Shown here: positions 59,895-64,000 of the stretch, one piece after another
Layout: the number at the start of each line of letters is the position of its first letter
How positions within the stretch are numbered: the first letter of the stretch is position 1
Assembly (NCBI GenBank): GCA_020891255.1
Contig: BQFW01000012.1
Location: 1,426,001 to 1,490,000 of the forward strand
DNA from: Entomortierella parvispora E1425
Lineage: Eukaryota; Fungi; Mortierellomycota
Reading direction: 5' to 3'
Length of the DNA: 64,000 bases
Translations under genes and position numbers: made by a program
The notes under the pieces: model-generated
What the model saw: the letters and a program-made list of their open reading frames with translations, nothing else
Told to the model about the DNA's origin: nothing
Databases searched by the model: none

Positions 59895-62800
59895 ATGACC
59901 CATAACTCCCCTTCAGTCGCTGATCAGAACGCACATCCTGAACGCGTCTCCAGCTCATTCGTCGCCTCTTCTCCCCCACGGATAATCTCAAAGAGCAAAG
60001 CTGGCCCTTTGTCTAGATCCCCTGGACGGTCTCCTTCTAGTGTCTATGGGTCTATACCCTCTCAGTCATCATCACCTCCACCACCACCCGTTTCTCAGCC
60101 CCGCCGACAAGCGGGTATGAATCTGGTCCTCTTAGAGCCAGACATGATAGAATCATTCAATGACCCTTCTCCAAGAGCGTTAGCAACAATCCACCGATCA
60201 AAAGTCCCCCAAATCTCCCAACCCCACTCACTTCTAGCCTCAACTGTTCCAGTTTTGTCCCCAAGTTCAATCTCTGCCCCAGTATCTGCCTCTGTCCCGA
60301 ATCCACGACCCTCCACACCTTTGCCGCCTATGGTCCGAGGGTTTACTTTTGTGTTGGTTCGGATCCTTCTTTTCCCAAAGACGGTCTTTGTCCGAAGTGT
60401 CGTAGTTGGACGTGGTTGTTTAAACAAGCTCGGGTTAACTCAGCTACACAGAGGAACCGGAGGTCGACATCCTCATCGCCATTATCATCCTCATCAGCCG
60501 GGTCGTCAGCGCCACCATTACCGATCTTATCAGCAGCCGTCCGGCGGTACCACAGAGGCCGACAGCGGGGCAGGATCATTGCCTTCTTATCGTGGACGAC
60601 AACAGCATCGGCGATATAGACACCCTGCATCCACCTCCCAATCTAGATCTCGATCTCGTGGAAACGACTATCCGCGTCTGTCCACTGGATCTGGGCGTGA
60701 TGATGGCAATGGTGGCAACGGAGTGGGAGGGGAAGGGGCTGTTTCTAGAGTTCGGGGTAACTGCTGGTCGAGGTTCAAGAACAATTACAATGTTCAAGTG
60801 GCCACGATCTGTCTGTGTCTGACGGGAGAATCATTTGCTCAGTCGGTGATGTGTCCATTCCTGTACTACATGGTCCGAGATTTTCATGTTGGGCCCGATA
60901 TCTGGATCGGCTACTATGCAGGATTGCTTTGGACTGGATTCTGGGGCGCCAACTTGTGCACGACCCTACTTTGGGGTCATCTTTCCGGTAAGAAAACACC
61001 TTCATTAGTCACACATCAGAGAATCCAGAGAGGCTAACTCTGCCCTCCATACTAGACAGGTATGGTCGGAAGACGATTTTGTTGTTTGGACTATTTATGA
61101 CCAGCGTGAGCACCATCTGTCTGGGACTATCCACTTGCTACCATGATGCAATGTGGTCATTGGTTGTTCAAGGAGCTTGTACGGGATTAGTTCCAGTATC
61201 CAAATGTTCTATCGGGGAACTAGCAAATCGCCAACAACGCATCCACGATGTAGAACGATCGCTTGCCAAGGCACAGATGGGAGGGCGAGTCTGTGATCCA
61301 GAAGAGGTCCTGAACGAAAAGTCACTGGACGTAGAAGGGATCGAAGAGGTTGACGTTGAAGGCGGAGTCTGGTGCTCAGACCCCAATTGCACAGATGGCT
61401 TCAATGCCACCGACTCAAGGCTGGATCATAGGGCCACCCCGCTTGTCAAAACCCGAGTGGACTATGCAGCCAAAGGCTATTCGGCTTTGGTGATTGCCCT
61501 TGCTCTCGGCGCTGCGCGTAAGAACGTGCGCTGTTTTGGATGGTTTCCACTCCGCCATAGTAGCTAATCCTGACAAATACCTTGCGTGAATGATTTTTAG
61601 CTGGTCCGCTTGCAGGAGGCAGCCTGACCCGGAAGCACATTCATGGATTCGATTCTTACCCTTACTTTGCGCCGTGCCTCTTGGCTGCAATTGTAGGATT
61701 TGTGATCACAGGCCTCGTGGCGGTTTTATTGAACGAGACCAATCCGAAATGGTCAAAGCCGACAGAGTATGAGAACCTACTGGAAGTACGAACTAGGGCT
61801 GCGTCAATGTACCTTCACGAAACTCTGACCCCACCCATCACCCGCGGTCGATCGGGGTACGAGCAGAGTCGTCGATACAGAGAGACTGCTGGAGCAGTGT
61901 CTAGAGCTGCAACAGAGTCACCTTTGGACAACAACACATGTGAAGACAAGGCCAACTTCGACGAGGCAGAGGACAAGATTACACTCTCGAACGAGACCCG
62001 ACCCAGGCTTCGGCCACAAGGAGGAGTACCCACACCATTGGTGACTTGCACGTGTCCACCAACGGCTCCCTCTCGTACGACATCAAAGGTGTTGCCAACG
62101 CGATCCATCTTATCGCCAGCAACTGAACTCTATTTGATCCTCGCCATCTACACGCTTTTGGTCCTGACGTCCATCCTCGGCAGTGAGTTTGTCATGCTCT
62201 ACACCCAGAGCCCCGTCCTGCGGGGTGGACTCGAGTTTTCTGCAAAGGTTTTGGGCCAGGTGTTGACAATACGCGGGATTCTAAAGTTAACCTTCAACCT
62301 CTTTGGCTACCCTTGGATGGTGAGGCGAACTGGACTTTTGAATTGCTTGCGGATCGGTATCGTTGCGATTGGCTCTGTCTCTGTCCTGGGACTGGGCTGG
62401 TTTGTCCCATGGAGCGTCGAGAATGAGAACATGATCCTCTCCGTCAATGCAGACAAGGAGCACGCTGCTCAGACTAAGAGGCCGCCCGTGGGAATGACCG
62501 CCGTCTTGCTGTGCCTGAGTCTAATTTCAGTAGGGGATGTTCTGGGCTACATCTCTGTGCTTGTTCTGGTATGAATTCGCGCTTTCCTGTACAAGTCGCG
62601 ATCGCACGCTGGCCCTCTGATGGGAAGAGTGCAAAAAATATGATTTTCAAACGTTTAACCGTCTTCCACTTCATTCCCTTTCATTTCCTGCGGGGATTTT
62701 TAGTTTGGAAAGAGTGCGGATCGATTGAAAAGCGGAGGCAAGACAATGAATACCGAAGGACCTAATCAACAACAAGGCGGGAGCGGAGTGCTCTGGAGTG

Positions 62801-63742
62801 TGGCCCAAGTTTCGGCAAATGTGATGCGCCTGACTGGTCCAGTGCTCGCAGGGTAAGAACACAAAGCAAATCCAAAGGAACAAAGAGAAGGACAAAAAAA
62901 AAAAAAAAAACCAGGGAGCAGAGATGGGACAGCTGGAAACACAGTGCAGACCTTAAAGGATTTCTTGGACGTTCCCCTGTTTTATTTGGCGGAGAAAAGG
63001 CAATTGGGCACGCTGCATGCATGATAAGTCAAGAGCAAAGACGACTCTATCAAAGTCCGTGTGTGTCTCATTCAGGTCTTCTTGCTCTCTGCTCTCGTCT
63101 GATGCATGCACCTTGTCTGAGCTGGCTTTTTGAACACGGGCCTGCATGATCGACCGATGTCTGAGTAAACTGACATGTGTAGGATGGAATCAATTCTCTC
63201 AGATTGACTAACCTCACCATGTATTACTGAATGCTAGATTGCTTTGGTCTTTGACGGACAAATCGCCTTCGGTATCGGCTTCCGATGTTCAAAGAGTAGG
63301 GCAGAGCGCCACAGGAGGGGCCAGCGTGGGATCGACTCAATCCACTTTCTCAGTGCCCCATGAGGCAAGTGTGGAGAAGATTGAATTTCAAGAGTCTCAT
63401 GGACATTTCTGGGCCGTGGCCACGAAAATCTTTCGCGGGTCTACTAGTGTCTTCTACCTCGTTGGCGCAATCTGCATTGTGAACTTTGTCGCCAGTCAAT
63501 TCTTGTACCTTTCGACGCCTTCTTCGTCCACAAAGGCTGAAGGGGCAGTATCCCCTGCATCCCAGCAGCATCAGCACGAGCCAGCGCCGCAGGCTCAAGA
63601 TTATTTCTTACAACCCGAATATTCTAGTGGCGCCGGTCAATCTTCCCAGCAACAGCAGCAGTTCCAACAACCGCAGCAGAGTCAATTAGAGGCGGGCCAT
63701 GTTACTTGCCCAATCCACCGGATTTTACACTCTAGTGCTTGA
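59895..63742 (+). CDS. Major facilitator superfamily transporter (DHA1/YCR023C-like) with long disordered N-terminus
   Basis: QVATICLCLTGESFAQSVMCPFLYYMVRDF...IGYYAGLL...LWGHLS|DRYGRRPILLFG (MFS motif A). Further TM exons run to ...HRILHSSA*. Confidence 0.88.
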
Positions 63743-64000
63743 GATGGGCCAAAGAACGTCATTAAAGAAAGGATCGACCAAAAGATAAACTGTCTTTTTT
63801 TTTTCTTCTTTTTTTTCTGTTTTGGTTGTATTTTTTTCCTGTTTGCCCAGCTGATCCAAACAAACCATAGCCAAACGCCCATAGTTAACGCAATAGGTCA
63901 CCATTGACGCTTCATCAACATACACTTGTCGCGTATCTCTTGAGTCCTGTGCTCTACAATTGAATAAGTTCATATCAATAGGAGCTATTCTTTTTTTTTT

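Overview
This is an intron-rich, ~50% GC eukaryotic window with GT-AG introns and poly-A/T tracts. Gene content and style suggest an early-diverging fungus, probably Mortierellaceae (inference). Housekeeping genes: VMA7, UGGT, RPL29, two Old Yellow Enzyme paralogs, VPS53, CWH43, tRNA-Gly(GCC), HRD3/SEL1L and an MFS transporter. The main find is a 5.4 kb element at 43576-48989, bounded by imperfect 22 bp TIRs (14 bp perfect core) and a 9 bp target-site duplication. It has no transposase. It carries one five-exon gene (~1387 aa reconstructed) that fuses an N-terminal XPG/FEN1-type PIN nuclease to a C-terminal Fanzor/TnpB-type RuvC plus zinc finger. A hairpin-rich candidate omegaRNA ends exactly at the element end, so both guide and target can be predicted. 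This copy has one nonsense codon and one frameshift. Other notable genes are a VWA+ACID MED25 ortholog, a ~2200 aa macroglobulin-like protein resembling a family I recall from Planctomycetes-type bacteria, and an Ala/Glu/Lys-rich helical protein ending in a CaaX motif. All family assignments come from motif recognition without database searches.
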